From Camelus ferus (taxonomy: Eukaryota), in assembly GCF_009834535.1 (NCBI RefSeq), contig NC_045707.1, positions 49,602,001 through 49,666,000 of the forward strand: a stretch of DNA of 64,000 bases. The letters are read 5' to 3'. The notes beneath the pieces are model-generated. The model was not told where the DNA came from and ran no database searches. It worked only from the letters and a program-made list of their open reading frames with translations. This document shows, piece by piece, positions 27,490-40,870 of this stretch. A program made the position numbers and the translations under genes. Positions within the stretch are counted from its first letter, which is position 1. Each line of letters opens with the position of its first letter.

Positions 27490-28830
27490 CTCAGTAACTC
27501 TGAACTCATTGCCAGAGTAACCAAAGTATAGCTCTGGTATTGTCATTCTCCTGCTTAAAAACCCCAGATTTTCATTGACTATCCAGTAAAGTCCGTGCTC
27601 CTCTAATTGGCTCTGCTGCTGTTTCCTCACCTGGTGTCCACATCCTTACATGTGCTCCTGCATCTTCTTTCTCCAGGAGGCCCTTGTTCCAATTCATCCC
27701 TATGTCCAAACCATCCCTAACTTTCCAAACTCAAACTATTACTCTTCTTTTAAGCCTTCACCAAATTTTCATCTAAACATCATCTCTCTCTCTCCTCTCT
27801 GAAATTTCATGACCTCATTTCTTTCATTTTTGTGTTAAAGATGTTTACATAAACGATATTGTCTCTTCTACTGGAGTTGCAGCTCCTTGAGGAAAAAGAC
27901 AGCTTCTTCTGCATCTTTATGCAAGACATGATGCTAAAACTGTGCTAAATAGAGACCCAGAGTCTTCCCAGACTCCTGTGTCTCTCCTGTCTCTGCCCTT
28001 CCCTCTAGTCCAATCACTCATCAAATCCTATCCTTACTTCCTCCTATATAGCTCCTGCATGCCCCATTCCTCTCTATTCTAGCTTTAATTCAAGCCATCA
28101 TCCTCCATTACCTTAACTCTGGCACTGCTTAAGTCAACAAACTTTTACTGTCAAGAGCCAGACAGTAGATAGTTTTGTCTTTGTGGTCCTTGCAGCCTGT
28201 GTTGCAACTATTCAACTCTGTTCTTGAATGAAAGCAGCCACAGACAATATACTAAAAAAATGGGTGTGGCTGCATTCCAATAAAACTTTATTTACAAAAT
28301 CAGACAGCTGCTGGGTCAGATTTGGTCTGGCAGTAGTTTGGCAACTCACAATTTACACAGATAAGTAATTGTTCCCAGCATTTGCATTCAAATCCATCAT
28401 CTAGGAAGAGTCAAAATGATGTTTCTAACCACAAATCTGGTCGTGTTCCTCAAACACTTACAACGAACTGACTCTTGTCTTTATTATAGCTCTCATTTTC
28501 TTCCATGCCCTCCCCCCCCCACCTCCACTCTCCCTGTTATCCACCTGACAATCCCTACTCGTCTTTCAAAATCTAACTCAGAGCTTACTTCTTCCAGAAA
28601 GTCTTCCCTGTCCACCATTGCCAACACTGGTTACAGACTCTTCTCCTCTATATATGTGTAGCATGAGCTTCTTTGGATTTGAGAGTCTCACAAACTGAAA
28701 TGACCAAATGTGCTCACATGGTGATCTTGCCTATTGGAGAGGGAGCTCTTTGCAAAGAGCATGACTGTCTCATTTGCCTCCATATCCTTCCACTCCTGGT
28801 ACATAGTACTCACTCAACAAGTGTTCTCTG
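27490..28830 (+). mobile_element. Cluster of L2 fragments (interrupted by MER58)
   Basis: 'tgtcattctcctgcttaaaaaccc', 'ccaatcactcatcaaatcc...caagccatcatc', 'cttcttccagaaagtcttccctg', 'cctggtacatagtactcactcaacaagtgtt'. Confidence 0.55.
28128..28348 (+). mobile_element. MER58A-like hAT-Charlie MITE
   Basis: 'caacaaacttttactgtcaagagccagacagta...gcaactattcaactctg...aaagcagccacagacaata...atgggtgtggctgcattccaataaaactttatttacaaaa...gtagtttggcaac'. Confidence 0.85.
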
Positions 28831-29434
28831 CTTGTACAATGACTGTTGCCAACTGAGAAACATATTCACTTCCTCAGACCCAAAGATATGTTTGTCTCAG
28901 TGCTGGTCAGATAACATCATGCCAAGAAGTCAGGGAGTGGCTGAGGATAAAAGGCAGCAGCCGAGGATTCTGTTCAGGAAGCGGAGGGCAGTTCTGTGTG
29001 GAATACTCAGAGCAGTGTGAGGCAATAATTGCCTTTTCATTGGTTTTCAAAAAGAACGGAAAATCTCATGTCTTGCCAAGTGGCCTGGTAGATATTTCCT
29101 CATCCAGATTAACTACCCAGAGAAACCAAATTGTGGGTAGGCACTAAAAAAGGTTAACTTGAATGGGATCGCATGCAGATCACATTTGTTGGTGCTGAGT
29201 TTACGAGAAGAGGGAAGAGGGGAGTCAAAGAAATAACAATAAATTAACCCAAAATAAAACAGAACGAGAGGAAAGCAGTTTGTTTCTATCTAAAGGCTGT
29301 GACTTTTCATCATGCACATCCATGAAAGGGCAAGGTAGAGGCAATGAGAATTATAAGAGGTCTTAGTAATTCCTTCCTTTTATTCATAGTATAAATGGGA
29401 CTCTCATTCAATCTCTGACTCTTTCTCTTTCTCC

Positions 29435-29499
29435 GTGTGTGTGTGCGCATGTGTGTGTGTGTGCGTGTGTGTGTGTGCGTGTGTGTGTGTGTGTGTGTG
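29435..29499. repeat. (GT)n microsatellite with GC/AT interruptions
   Basis: 65 nt of unbroken purine-pyrimidine alternation. Confidence 0.95.
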
Positions 29500-30459
29500 A
29501 TGGATCAGTTGTTTAAGGGCACGATAGCATGACCTTGGGAGAGAGATCAAATTTCTTTAGCTATAAAATGGATACATCACGAACCAGTCACAGGCATATT
29601 CCTTTTCCTTTGACCAATTCCTCTAAAGAGCAAAAGCGTAGACAGAAGACCCACAGTGAAATTCATCAGAAACAGCTTGTAAAACACCAGTACATCCACT
29701 GAGATAGGTTCATTAGAAGGCTACTACCCATAAAGGTTATATTTCTGCACACATCTCTTTTTTTAAGTTATAAATTCTGTGTATCTCTAAGCTTCTGAAT
29801 GTCAAAACTTGAAATCTAACTCCAACACGGCTCTTAGATTATAGAAGAAAAAAAAATGGAAAAATAAAAAGTCATGTCTATTTTGGGGTGTGAGTTTTTT
29901 TCCTTCATGAGTTACTTGGTTTGTAGGGCATGAGAAGTCCATGTTCTGCAGCACCTTTTCTCCACACAACCAAGAGCAAACTCGGCAGTTTTCTCATCAA
30001 TTGACCAGGACAGAGAATGACACGGAGAATTTAAGCAAAAGGAAAACCTACTCAACAAGCCTGAAATATCCAGACTGACTTTCTACGGTTGTTAAATTAC
30101 CCAGATGACTCTCTAATCTCTCATCTAAATGCTGTGAAAACAGAACCATGGCACCATTTTATCCAGCAATAAAGGGGAACTCACTCACTTAAATAAGCAA
30201 CACTCACTTCTTAATCTTCACTGCAAGTCTGGGAATGTGGTCCCAGTGGCAGGTAGCTGACATGGGAAGAACTATCGCTCATGGGCCATCTTCACTGTAA
30301 GATTCAGCCAGAAGAAATGTAAGTCTGCAATGCACTGTTTGAGGCTTACTGCAGGGTTGGAAAAACAAGCTTTACATGGAAAAAAAAAAAAGTGAGGAAG
30401 AGGGAGAGACTAGTACCCAAGATTATCTAATCATCCACTAATGATGCTGTGACTGAGGG

Positions 30460-30625
30460 AAGACTTGGAACCAGAGCTGATTTTTCCTTCTTATTTCATT
30501 AATCTCGCTCTAAGTAACCTCAGGTTAACTTACATTAACTTCACTAAGACTCTATTTGCTCATCTATAAAGTGGAACACTTATTTCTCTGCCTAACTCAC
30601 AGGCTTCTGGAGACAGTAAAGTCAC
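30460..30625 (+). mobile_element. MIR SINE fragment
   Basis: 'gacttggaaccagagc...ttgctcatctataaagtgga...ctgcctaactcacagg'. Confidence 0.55.
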
Positions 30626-31494
30626 TTTGATATCATCACGAGCATATAAATATGTGAGTTATCACTGTTGTTGTTTATAGTGATACATCATGAAGAGAAA
30701 ATGATTGGCGTGAACAAGAAAAGTCAGGTTTCTTCTTATGGGCCCCTAACCTCAGTGATAGCAGGAGAAAGCCTCCTGTATATTTGAATGGGCAAATGTG
30801 GGCATAAGGAAACGAGTATATCTGTTACATAAGATAGAGACTAGGCGACTTCTGAGATCTTTTCCAGCTCACATTCCAGTATCAATATCTCCTGTTCCCA
30901 TTGGGTGACTGCTCTTGTAAGAATGTATAAATTTGAGTAAGAAGCTGCTTTTTGATTATACTCACCCTGGATTACAACAGGGATAAGGATGGGGTAACAT
31001 ACATTATTGAAGCTTAATTACCTATTACTTTCTCCCGAAATATTTGATACCCTTAATTACCGCCTCTGGGTTGATGTTCTGAACCCATCTGACTTTCGCC
31101 TCACAACCCTTTTCCTGGTTTCCTTCCTAACTCTTGGGGGTGCTCTTTTTTCATCTCCTTCCCTGGCTCTCTTTTCATAAATACCCCTTAGATATTATGT
31201 CCTAAAGCTTTGTTTTTGTCTTCTCCCTTCAGTCCCTAAGTTATCATCGAATGATTTTGACTATGCACATGTGATGAATACAGCCAATAGGATGGTAACT
31301 GACAAATTTTTATCACCGGCTAAATCATTCCAGCCTTAGGCTTCCAACACCCTCTTTGACATCCCCGCACTGTATAAGATCCAAACTTCTCAGTAAGGAA
31401 CACAGGTCTCCTCATAGCTGACATTCCTAAATTTGAAGCTTTGTTCCTGCCGTGGCCTACAGGCGTCCCTGAGATTCAGATAGGCATCACATTT

Positions 31495-31697
31495 TAGTGA
31501 GAAAGGCCCGACTATCAGCTCCAGACTAACTCAGGTTCAAATCCTAGCTCCACTGTTTACTAAATACATACAAACAGCCAAGTCACCCAGACTCTCTGAG
31601 CCTCTTGTTCCTAATCTGTGAAATGTTTGTTGTGAGAATTAAAAAAGATCATATATGTTAACCTAGCTCAGGCCCCAACAACACAACTTAGTTGTTT
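31495..31697 (+). mobile_element. MIR SINE
   Basis: 'ccagactaactcaggttcaaatcctagctccact...ctctctgagcctc...atctgtgaaatg...ttgttgtgagaattaaa'. Confidence 0.8.
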
Positions 31698-31797
31698 AAC
31701 AAGCAATGATTCCTTTCTCTTTCTCTCCAGAAATGTTCCATTATTTTAAACAAGCATTGATTCCTTTCTCTTCCTCTTTAGAAATGTTCCATTATTT
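31698..31797 (+). repeat. Tandem duplication, period 51 bp, two copies
   Basis: aacaagcaatgattcctttctctttctctccagaaatgttccattattt versus aacaagcattgattcctttctcttcctctttagaaatgttccattattt (4 mismatches in 49 nt). Confidence 0.9.
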
Positions 31798-33607
31798 GGA
31801 TTTTCTTAAACGTGCCATGATTTATTTTCCACATAACTGTTTTTACACATGCTGTTCCTTTTGCCTAGAATGCACCCTCTTCTCCACCCCAGCCCTCATG
31901 CTTGCCAGGCAAACTATTACACAACTCTTAAGAATGTAGTTATTTGGAAATATTTTCTCGATAAGACCACGTGGCAGTCAGATGCAGGTGCTCCTTCCTC
32001 CAGGCCTTGGAAGCATTTAATTCCTAAGTCTATTACTTTATATCATAAATGATTATTTATATCTGTCTCCCCTATTAGGGTATGAGCTCATTGAGAGTTC
32101 CACATATTCAAAATCGAGCAATCGAATGTCATAATTGTAAAGAGATTACAAACCACTGGGCTAATACAAGCCGTATAAATAAATAAAAACAAATATTATA
32201 TTAGTTAAACTACATGTGGTAGAGACACCATTTAGATGGGACCTTTCATTTATTCAATCTCCATTTTAGGTACTGGAAACACAAAGATAGCCCCTAGATA
32301 CTGTCCCTACCCTCTGGTGTTGAGAGTGAAATCTTAAATGGGCAAAGATGTCAATTTTAAATTAAAATGAATTTTTCATTTGTGCTTATTTGTTTGGTTT
32401 TTGCAGAAAGTAGTGTAAAGGTCACATGAATTTTAAGTTTCCCTTTCTGCCCCCTGTGTTCATCACTGAGAGGAAAGACTTGAACTATTATACATGTCAA
32501 AGGTTTTAAGAAACAAGTGCCTGAAAACCAGTAAGGATGCCAGTGAAGAGCAGAGAGCACAGTTGGTTAATCAAACAAGTGAACTATGTCATCAAGGACC
32601 TAGATCCTTTTCTTCTTCCCAACCTCCTGCCTCAAGGTAACTGCCAATGATAAACAAGGCTACATGCCCCCTTTTCCCCGTGGAGAGGAAAATAAAGTGT
32701 GGTTCATTCCCAGTCATGGAACAAAAGTCCTTCCTCCATCTATCCGTTTGTTCAAAGGAGCTCAGTAACAGGGCCAGAAGAAAGTCATGGAAAGATTATC
32801 TTAGCTCTGGGCTCTCAAATCAGTCACTAGCAAAGAGTGTGAGAATCAGCAAATCAGAGTTCACCCTGGAGCTGAATTTGAATTTCACTCATGCCACGTA
32901 AAGGGCATCATCATACAGCAACATCCACCTACTACACCCTTACGAAGGGGAGGGGAGGAAAAACTGGTGAGTGTTCAGCATTCATAACCCAGAGGCCCAG
33001 GAAAATGGCTGTGTTTTAACAGTTTATCACTGGTTATTTATGACAGAGGAACTGAAGTGCATTTATAAGTGCTTTTTTTTACTTGATTAATTTGCTCAGT
33101 GTTTCTTCCTTCCCATAAAAGACATTTTCAGAGTATGTGGAGTTTTTCTTTTTCCTTTTTTTAACCAAAATCAACTTTGAGTTCACAACGTCATTTTGTC
33201 TCCAGGGTTATCATTTTATTAATTGTCAAATGTCTGCATTAGCTATCAGAATTTTTAAAAAAAATAGCTCAATGTCCTATCCAGCTGTTACAGCTTATTC
33301 ACTGGAGCACTTGTTCAAAAACGTCAAAAAAAAAAAAAAAAAAAGGTTTTTATTTAGTGAAGAGAGTGTTCTCTTTCTTTTCCTTTCTTCTCTCTTCTGA
33401 GGTCAATAAATTTGAATATTTTTAAAATGTGATTAATCAGTTGCTTTGATTTCTCAGGAACAATGCTAATGAGAAGAAAAATTATACACTTGGAGAAGTT
33501 AAATTAAATTATAGAATAAAAAAAAATGAAAATTTACCCCTGACATGAACTAGCCTTTTTCCTACCCCAATCCAAACCCCCCTTTACCTTCTCCACCATC
33601 AAAAAGC

Positions 33608-33676
33608 ACATGTGTGTGCATACACACACACACACATACACACACTCTCTCTCTCTCACTCACACACACACACACA
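33608..33676. repeat. Compound (CA)n/(CT)n microsatellite
   Basis: Read directly from the sequence. Confidence 0.9.
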
Positions 33677-34764
33677 AAGCCTCTAGGAATGAGAATAGAA
33701 TGTTCCATTCAGAAGAACACAAGATATTGATTCTCTGAACTCAAAGCCATGGCGTTTTGCTGGGTATATAATTATACAGTTCTCAATTCTTCATTGGCAG
33801 AAGAGATATGGGCCATCAGGCCAGTCTGAACCAGCCGATTTGAGGTGTGCAATTCCATGGCTGAGGTCCTAGAGTTACAAGATTAGACAGTTAGAATGAG
33901 GAAGAGATCAAACATCTGAATAGCTTCTCTGTCCTGTTAAATGCCTTTAGAAAATCATTGCCATTACATACAGACTGTGACCTTCACCCGCCTGAAGACC
34001 TCATATAAATGCCCCAGAGTTTATTTTTTAACTATTATCCTCCTTGTGACTGTTGAATTGTTATCAATTATCAGTTCTTGCTGTTCCCCTTGAACAATCC
34101 CTCTGTTTCTAAAAAAGAACATTTACTAATAACAAGGTCAGAGGGTGCCAGGTTTCAGGTTTCCAGCTGGGTGCTATCACTCACTCATTCCATTTTCTGC
34201 TATTTATGTTCTAGCCTTGACCCAGGCTAGTCTATCAGGGGAGGGAGTCATCTCAACTTTCTCACATCTCGATTGTGAAAGAGGCAGACTTCGTCATGAG
34301 AGTCATTCTGCAGGAATCCAGACAGGTTACTACTGCCACGGAAGGCACACAGAGCTGTGATTTTCAAAAGAGGATTCCAACCTGTGGACAGTGCTAGTCT
34401 TTCCTCTGCCTTAGCAGGAAGGAGCATTTTCTCCCACTGTTACTGTCAGACCATCTCAGAGAGAATTTCCTGCTGGAGGCCAGCTCCCTCATCTCAAGTG
34501 TGTGGACTCATTAATCACAGAGTTGAATGGCCTCACAGAGGCAATATCAGGCTAAGGGAAGTCTTCCAACGTGTGTCAAAAGTCATTACTTTACCTTAAC
34601 GGACAGTCTGGTATTTCACAGAAGTAATATAGGATATGTCCTGCAGGGGTTTGTTGAAAGTGTTGAATGAACTAATTCATGTGAAGCCCTTAGAACAACG
34701 CTTGGCACACAGTGAGTGGTCAACTATTATTGTTATGACATAAGGCACTCTGCTCTTGCTGAGA

Positions 34765-35000
34765 AAATGGTGTTTTGGAAAGCAAGGCATCTAGGTCAGG
34801 AGCCATGAGTCTTCTACATTCCACTTGTGTGACGTTGGAAAAGTCACTCGAGCTCTCTGAGCCTCAACTTCTCAACTAGAAAATGGAAATAATTTCATCT
34901 CTTGTGCAGGTTTTTCAAGGGATGATACGATCAAATGCGGTAAAGGTTTTGAGAATCTTTCATGAGCCATGAAATGTGGTGCAAATCTTAAATGATTACT
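34765..35000 (+). mobile_element. MIR SINE
   Basis: 'cacttgtgtgacgttggaaaagtcactcgagctctctgagcctcaacttctcaactagaaaatggaaataat'. Confidence 0.8.
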
Positions 35001-35309
35001 GCGAGTACCTGATGGCACAGGCCTTGTTTAGAATCTGGTCAAGTGTCCATGATCAGCGTAAGCACACAACAATATTTATTATATGGATCATAGATTCCTC
35101 AGTGGTGTCACTATGATAACACCATTGTCCCCTCTCACTTAATTTGCTCTTCCTTCTTGAATCTTTTTCATTCATCTAATCAAGGCCAATAGCTGGCTGA
35201 TAATGTCAGTAAGGATTGTGTCCACTGGTAAATAGTGACTAGCCAAGATTTTATTCATAGAAGCACTTATTTTATGTTTCCTACTAGAATATCAATAATG
35301 TTGTGTGGC

Positions 35310-35450
35310 ACATTATAACTTTTCAAAACAATTTCTGATATCTTATCTTATTTAATTGTCACAACAACCCTCTGAAGTGGGTATTTTTGTTATTATCCTT
35401 ACTTTCCAGGTGAGGGAACTGACTGAATAAAACTAAGCCCAAGAACAAAA
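35310..35450 (-). mobile_element. MIR SINE fragment
   Basis: 'cttatttaattgtcacaacaaccctctgaagtgggta...ccaggtgagggaactga'. Confidence 0.7.
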
Positions 35451-35489
35451 TAGCTCCTGATGGCCAGCAAAATAAAGTTGAAATCAATT

Positions 35490-35712
35490 CACAGTGTGGC
35501 ATCATGGTTAAAAGCATATACTGTAAGACCAGACTAAAATTCAAATTCTAGCTCTGCCATGTGCAAATGATTTAAACTTTCTGTGCCTCAGTTTCCTTAC
35601 CTATAAAAAGAGAGTAATAGTAGCCCTTACCTCATAAGGTATTTGAAAGAATTAATTGTCAAATTATGTAAAACATTTAGAAGAGCCATGCACTAACTGA
35701 ATATTAGCCATT
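35490..35712 (+). mobile_element. MIR SINE (near full length)
   Basis: 'cagtgtggcatcatggttaaaagca...ttcaaattctagctctgcca...ttctgtgcctcagtttccttacctataaaa...tacctcataagg...tgtaaaacatttagaa'. Confidence 0.85.
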
Positions 35713-35889
35713 GCCATAATTTAATCTGACATTCAGTGCCCTCAACAGCATGAATTCAGTCTGTCTTTCCAGACAGCTCACCTTCTGCCTTTGTACACAT
35801 CCTGTTCTCCAGCCATCTTCATTCACAGTGGACCTAGCATGATGTAAAAGATGTACAGATGCTCGATAAATGGTTGTTGAAAAATAAAT

Positions 35890-35985
35890 GAAGGAAAGAA
35901 GGAAGAGAGGGAGAATGGGTGGAAGGGAGGAAAGAAGAGAGGAAGAAAGAGGAAGGAAGGAAGGAAGGGAGGAAGGAAGGAAGAC
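35890..35985. repeat. (GGAA)n-type purine tract at an L2 3' tail
   Basis: Read directly; follows 'ctcgataaatggttgttgaa...aatgaa'. Confidence 0.8.
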
Positions 35986-38900
35986 ATGATATTTCACCAT
36001 TCTCCATTTTCATGCCCCAGTCCCTTCATCAAAGACACTACAGACTTTTTGTTTTCCTCAAGGAATATACAGTATAATAAATTTTTGCAGAGTCAACAAA
36101 GCCAAGACTTTTTTTTTTGCACCTAGTTTGACTTGCCTTTTCCAAATTACTTCTGCTTATCTATAAATGCCACTATAAAAGCTTTTTTTCCATCATAAAC
36201 TACCTTTGAGTATTTTGCAAGACATTTTGTATATATTGCAACTTAGTGAGATGCCGTTGAATGAATTTAATTTCTATTCTTGGTATATGTGCATAAACAG
36301 AAGTGGTACCACTCAAATCATTTTCAAATTTTCAAGCCTTGAAAAGAATTGCATTCTGTCTGCCTGCAGGTTAGGATCACTGTGCTGTCCAGTGCTGAAA
36401 AACAAGGAAAATGGGATAAAAATCCTGTACACTACAATATACCTGCTTCTTCCTATGTTTTTAGAATTTGTATCCCGTGAGAAACTGATTTTGATTACAT
36501 TCCTTAAGGAAACTTTTCTAAAGTTTTAATCATTATTTAGCTTTCCTTAGCCTTGTCCTGTTCTTTATATAACGTTTGGTATATATAATGTCAATATGTT
36601 ATCAGCAAAGAATGTTATTAGTGCTTTTTAAATAAGATGGGTGAATATTCAGTATTTTTGTAGAGTTTTTTAACAACATGCTTGTATGTTTAATTTGTAT
36701 TGTGTTTCTAGATAGACTATCCAAAAGAAAAATGTTAATGTCCATTTGAATTTTTAAATATTGGGATTAGAAACAGCAGTGAAAAGTTTGCATTACTCTA
36801 CTTTTTCCATAGGATCTCAGACCCAAACCTTGATTTTGGTTTGTGACTCTTTTAGCTGAACATTACCTGTTCCCAGGAAGAAAATGTCTCAAGGGGTGGA
36901 AAGAAAGGGAAGCATTTTGATGTTTTATTAATTTATTCTCCCACAAGTGAGATGACATTTGTTTCTAGTTTACTACCTGAAACAGATAGAAATTAAGAGA
37001 ATTTGGGTTTGTGCACAATACTCAGGAGACATCCTAGAAATTAGTATCATGTCATCATGATTTTTTAAACATCTTCTTCACCCAGTATTTCTTATACTTT
37101 AGCTCATAAAAGTAAGCATTCTTGGCCTAAGACTTAGATTTAAGTCTACTTTAGTATGCTCCAATTGTTCCTAATTTTAATATATTTTGGTTGATTGTGG
37201 CTACTTTTCATACCTCTGATAAACCAAGACACAGGTCTGAAGTGTTACTACCACATTATGAAGAATGAGGTTTTTTTTTTTCCCTCTGTTAGAATTTTTT
37301 AGAGAGAAATATTTTTCCTTTTCTCTATTGTGTCTACAATTTTCTTCTTTCCTAAACTACTCTTCAATGATAGAGCTACCCAGCATGTTATGTCTACCTA
37401 TTTTCCAAAACATGAAACATACAATCTTATAAAGAGATGTTCTATTTATTCAAAGTACTTATTTTAAATGTTCTTTTAGATGGTATTTTTCTCAGGAATC
37501 CTACAAAGAAATTAAATAAGATGGAATAATGTTCCTATGGCAGAGGAGAAATTTTTCCATTGTTGCTAGAGTTAAAACTGTGTAAAATAACAACTGTTTA
37601 CTGGGCATCCCACTGCCCTCCTGGCAAAGGTATGGAACAACTCTTGTTCCTGGTTCCTTGGTTTATTGGCTAGTAACACAGTCATAAATTCCCTTGGCGA
37701 GGAACTGATTTTCTACTTTTAAAATTTAGTCAAGAATCTATGGCTTAAAAGAAGGGGGTAAAGTTACTTCCTGGAGGCCTTCCTAGGTTAAGCAGGTTCA
37801 GCAGTATATTTTTTATGAAGTCAACTCATGTGTGAAGATAGTGAAGTATCAGGGCCCACGTGACACAGCAGGTAGAGAAAAGCTCTTTTTGCTCAGACTT
37901 GCTCCCCCTAGGCTTTGTGCATTATCTGCAGGACACATTCAGTCATCTGAATTCAATTAATTCAGATCCCAAGGGTTGTACAGAGGTATACACGAAGCGG
38001 GAGATTTAAATGAAATTTGTCTAAAAAGTCAAATAGATTGAACTTCAACTACAATTTTTATTTTAAAGAAAATTTCTTCTCACCCACACCCTAAATTAAT
38101 GAAAGAATGACTGTGAGAGAGTCAAAGAGATGATACCACAGCTGAAAAAGCAAAAACAAAAACAAAAGACTGGAGAGTTCCATTTAATTACGAACTTCAC
38201 AGAGCAAGAAAGTAGAAGCTGGAGGACAAGACAGCTGAAATTTCAGCTCCTTTTTCCATTGCTAGGCTCCAGTCCCCCACATACTCCTAGCACAGAGAGT
38301 CTGTGTAAAGGCTCATCTGTCTTGTTCTTGTGAGTTGTTAGTGTGTAGCAGAGGTGCCCCTCTCTGCACAGCTCTCTCAAAATGCATGAAGGTGCTCCAT
38401 TGGTTTCCCTGGACTACCGGTAACCAAGCACTTTCTTTAGCCTTTCAGCTGTGCAGCTGCCACTAAGTGCTCTCTCTGGGGTGTTGCTAGAGTTTGTCTT
38501 CAGGAGGTGGCTGGATGATTCATGGGGGGCTTCTAGAAACAAGTCAGACAAGGTGTCTGCTGCTATGTTGGGACAGCCAAACATGCTAATTGATCTCCAA
38601 GGTGGGGTAGTGGGGTGGGTTTCTAAGCAGTTTGCACTAGGGCATTCATAAGAGGACCCTCAATGCTGTCCTATTCTTGCATCAGTGGCTCCCTCACCGG
38701 TGAGGGTCAGTGGCCCAAGCACTTCTGGAACTACCAACAATTTCAGAATGAACTTAGTAAGGAGGCTCAAGTATTAGAATTATCCCAGTTCCCGAGCTCT
38801 GCTCTTCTTTTCCTTCTCTCCCCAACTCTCCCACCTCGTCAAAAACAAAAAAACAAACAAAAAAAAACCAAAAACCCCAATAAACTAAACAAACATTTCA

Positions 38901-39259
38901 TTTCCCCTCAGCATCCACCTCCTTCTCTGTTTACTCTAACACAAAAGAACTCATGCTATTTCTTTTCACCAGTATTGGAATTTAAGGGCCCTTCAGGAAG
39001 AACTCAGGCATTAGAAAATCAGACCTATACATTCTTTGGAAGAGCAAAGAGGCATATCTGTCATTTCTTCCCAGCCTGTGGCCCTTTTCATCCCCCTCCT
39101 ATGCTGTGGAAGATTCAGGGAGACTTCTTGCTACAGCAGTGAAAACAAAATTGTAGTGAAATTCTCAGCAAGTCCCCTCCTAGTTTGTAGTCTTTAATAA
39201 GAAGCACTGAGAGGGAAAGACTCCTGCATCTGAATCCCTTGTTCCTTCAGAGGATGGAT

Positions 39260-39445
39260 GGTGGAAGAGATAGGGAGGAGAGGAGGAGTGGGAGGAGGGG
39301 GAAAAGGCAGGCCAAAGAGAGAAAAGGCAGGGTGGAAGAGAAGATGAGAAGAGAGTACAGGAGAAAAGGAAATGAAAGGAAAAGATGGAAAGAGAAGGAG
39401 TTTCAAGGGAAGGGAAAAAGGAGAAAGGGAGAAAGAAAAGTAAAA
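39260..39445. repeat. GA-rich low-complexity tract
   Basis: About 180 nt almost entirely purine on the + strand. Confidence 0.75.
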
Positions 39446-40069
39446 ATTTAATTATGTGATAGAATGCCTTAAAAGCAATTCTCCAAGTTTCTGGATGTCT
39501 TTATGACAAGCCTTGTCATAAAACAGTAAAATGGCACACAAGTTCAAAGCAATAAAAGAATGCCTGTGGTGAAGCATATTACAAGCCCCATGCCCTGTGA
39601 GATGTAAATTGTTCCATTACACTTGGTGACTCTGCTGACGTAGTAAGTGATTGCACACCCAGGGCTGTTCTAGGGTTGGTGGTATTGTGGAAACCCTGCA
39701 AGTTAACTTTTGAACTCAGAGCCTCTCTATCCTAATTATCCATTAAACAGTTTGCTCTCTCACAAGCAGTCTATGTGTACCTGTTGTCATCACTGGGCCC
39801 ACATAGGATTGCTTCTGTTTCACAGTTGGGTTTGTAAAGTCTTTGGTGACGACATGGAATCCTACCAGATAAGAGCAAAGCAAACTCATTGAACTTACAT
39901 TTTGAATGAAGCAGCAAATCAAGCTTGCTTCATTAAAATCTTGCTTATAGAAAATTACACCATCATTTTCAGGATGATGATCATGAATGTTAATTTCCCT
40001 AGTAGGGCTGCCTAGGAATTCTCTAGTTCCCTGATGGGAAATCTGTATTGTTCCAAACCAGCAGAAACC

Positions 40070-40182
40070 TGTGTGACCAGCCATTTCAGTCTGCCCAAGA
40101 CTGAGACATTTCCTGAAATGTGGGAACTTCAGTATTAGAGGCGGGAAATACTAGGCAAACCAAGAGGACCTGGTTGCCCTTA
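40070..40182 (+). mobile_element. MER81-like hAT-Blackjack MITE
   Basis: 'gtgaccagccatttcagtctgcccaagactgag...tgtgggaacttcagt...aggcaaaccaag...tggttgccctta'. Confidence 0.65.
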
Positions 40183-40644
40183 GGTGACCACCACTCATCA
40201 CTCCTCTGCTTATCCTTCCTTAGACTTGCAGCTTGAAGACTGCCTTGCAGTTTTCTAGATTTGAGCTTCTACTTTGTTTTATATACATATGTACCTGTTC
40301 ATGAAAACTGCTCCTTCAAAAGACCCAAGGGCTGAGACTGTGTCTCTTCCATTTGCAAGTTCCTGAAGCCTGGAACATTGTATGGCACTGACAAGAACTG
40401 AGTCAGCTGAGCAACTGTGCTGAATCTCTGCTGAATGTGTACTGAATGGGAACTGTGATAACCTCAGGCAAGAATTGTATTTTTACACAGTGGATGTACC
40501 CCCAGGCTCCCTAAATGGACCTTAACTTGGACAGGAATAGAAACCCCTGAAAAGATTCACCTTCCTACATTAAACTGTGTGGTTTTTGTGTTTTTGTTTT
40601 GTCTTGTTTTGTTCTGTTTTGTTTTGTTTGAACAAACTGAAACA

Positions 40645-40870
40645 GGGGCTAAGACTGCACGTCAAGAGTCAGACTAACCTGAGTTCAAACCCAGGCTCCA
40701 CAATTTACTAACTCTGTGCTTAAGCAAGTCATCTGATTTCTCTTGTGCATCTCTTTTCTCACCTGTATCTTTCATAGGTGGGAGGACCAAATGAGACCCA
40801 TGTATGTAGCAGTATGTAGCATGCCTAGATCTTCACGGTATGGTTAGGAACCCAACACATGGTAGTTCAC
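40645..40870 (+). mobile_element. MIR SINE
   Basis: 'gagtcagactaacctgagttcaaacccaggctccaca...taagcaagtca...tctcacctgta...gaggaccaaatgaga'. Confidence 0.8.

Noticed and set aside
38663..39142. 159-aa ORF
   Set aside because: Kept open by A-rich and pyrimidine low-complexity tracts; no homology recognisable.
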